From NCBI GenBank assembly GCA_963707985.1, contig CAVPRW010000006.1:32001-96000 (forward strand): a stretch of DNA of 64,000 nt, in the 5' to 3' direction. The DNA is from an uncultured Nitrospinota bacterium (lineage in GTDB: Bacteria > Tectomicrobia > Entotheonellia > J063 > CAVPRW01). This document shows positions 63,182-64,000 of the stretch, in pieces (the stretch's first letter is position 1; each line of letters starts with the position of its first letter). The translations under genes were made by a program, and so were the position numbers. Under the pieces are notes generated by a model that was not told the origin of the DNA, searched no databases, and saw nothing but the letters and a program-made list of their open reading frames with translations.

Positions 63182-64000
63182 CGAACGTGCTGCGAACCAC
63201 GGTGTTACTGGCGGCGTTAACCGCCCTGTTTCTGGTGATCGGAGGGGCGATCGGGGGCAATCAGGGGCTGTTCATCGCCTTGGTCTTTGCGCTCGTGATG
63301 AACTGCGCCAGCTATTGGTTCTCAGATAAAATTGTGCTCAGCATGTATGGGGCTCGAGAGGTGAACCTCCACGAGGCCCCCGATCTCTACCGCCTGGTTC
63401 AGCGCCTGGCGCAGCATGCCGGCATTCCCATGCCGCGCGTGTACATCATCCCCAGCGATGCGCCAAACGCCTTTGCGACCGGGCGTAATCCGGAGCATGG
63501 CGCCGTCGCGGTGACGGAGGGCATCTTGCGCATGCTGGACACTGATGAGTTGGCCGGGGTCTTAGCCCATGAGTTGGGCCATATCCGCAATCGTGACACG
63601 TTGATCATGACCGTTGCGGCAACCCTGGCTGGAGCCATTACCATGCTGGCCCACATGGCGCAGTGGGGCGCCATGTTCGGCTTTGGCCGACGAGACGATG
63701 AGGACAGCGGCGGCGGTGGCATGCTGAGCCTGTTGTTTATGGCGATCCTGGCGCCAATTGCCGCGACATTGATCCAGCTGGCCATTTCCCGATCGCGCGA
63801 ATATTTCGCGGACAGTACGGGGGCAGCCATTGCCGGATCACCGTCGGGCCTGGCACGAGCCCTGGAGAAGTTGCATTATGCCTCACAACGGCTTCCCATG
63901 GAGGCCAATCCGGCAACGGCACATCTCTTCATCGTTAATCCGCTTACCGGGGGTTCCCTGGTCAATCTTTTTAGCACCCATCCACCGATTGAAGAACGCA
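63178..64000 (+). CDS. htpX: Zinc metalloprotease HtpX (partial, runs off window)
   Basis: ATGA overlap with hsp[43 protein letters not shown]. Confidence 0.95.
   Translation, partial: MTNVLRTTVLLAALTALFLVIGGAIGGNQGLFIALVFALVMNCASYWFSDKIVLSMYGAREVNLHEAPDLYRLVQRLAQHAGIPMPRVYIIPSDAPNAFATGRNPEHGAVAVTEGILRMLDTDELAGVLAHELGHIRNRDTLIMTVAATLAGAITMLAHMAQWGAMFGFGRRDDEDSGGGGMLSLLFMAILAPIAATLIQLAISRSREYFADSTGAAIAGSPSGLARALEKLHYASQRLPMEANPATAHLFIVNPLTGGSLVNLFSTHPPIEER

Noticed and set aside
1..64000. CRISPR array, rRNA, tRNA
   Set aside because: No regularly spaced repeats, cas genes or recognisable structural RNA signatures seen by eye; a covariance search was not possible

Overview
GC-rich bacterial chromosomal window. 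The gene mix (several luciferase-like monooxygenases, DUF4058, DUF1800/DUF1501, many IS families) resembles Tectomicrobia/Entotheonella-like soil bacteria, but that is inference only. 1-14.5 kb: housekeeping and catabolic genes (arylsulfatase end, extended trmB, class III aminotransferase, pyrE, sigma54-preceded rutA, second LLM oxidoreductase, FAD monooxygenase, Ldh2, SDR, HpcH aldolase, DUF4058, 2-hydroxyacid dehydrogenase). 14.5-41 kb: accessory region with decayed defence and toxin genes (DUF4258 pair, RHS core, SIR2-STAND-TPR, VapBC-like pair, TIR), transporters, an SDR/aryl-sulfate sulfotransferase/MmgE-PrpD cluster, a beta-propeller lactonase, an SGNH protein, recombinases and IS5/IS701 debris. 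41-52 kb: a divergent second pyrE, a dienelactone hydrolase/DUF6295 pair, DUF1800-DUF1501-NHL, a TPP enzyme, an MFS transporter and DUF3574. 52.7-57.1 kb: IS1-like, IS1634 and IS3 elements packed together. 58.3-64 kb: the main highlight. A DacZ/CdaZ-type diadenylate cyclase heads a dnaK-dnaJ-hspR-htpX cluster with no grpE, and an HspR operator-like (HAIR) inverted repeat overlaps its sigma70 promoter, suggesting c-di-AMP synthesis is wired into the heat-shock regulon. Many otherwise intact genes carry single-base frameshifts that may be sequencing errors. All family assignments come from motif recognition, not database searches. No rRNA, tRNA or CRISPR array was recognised.
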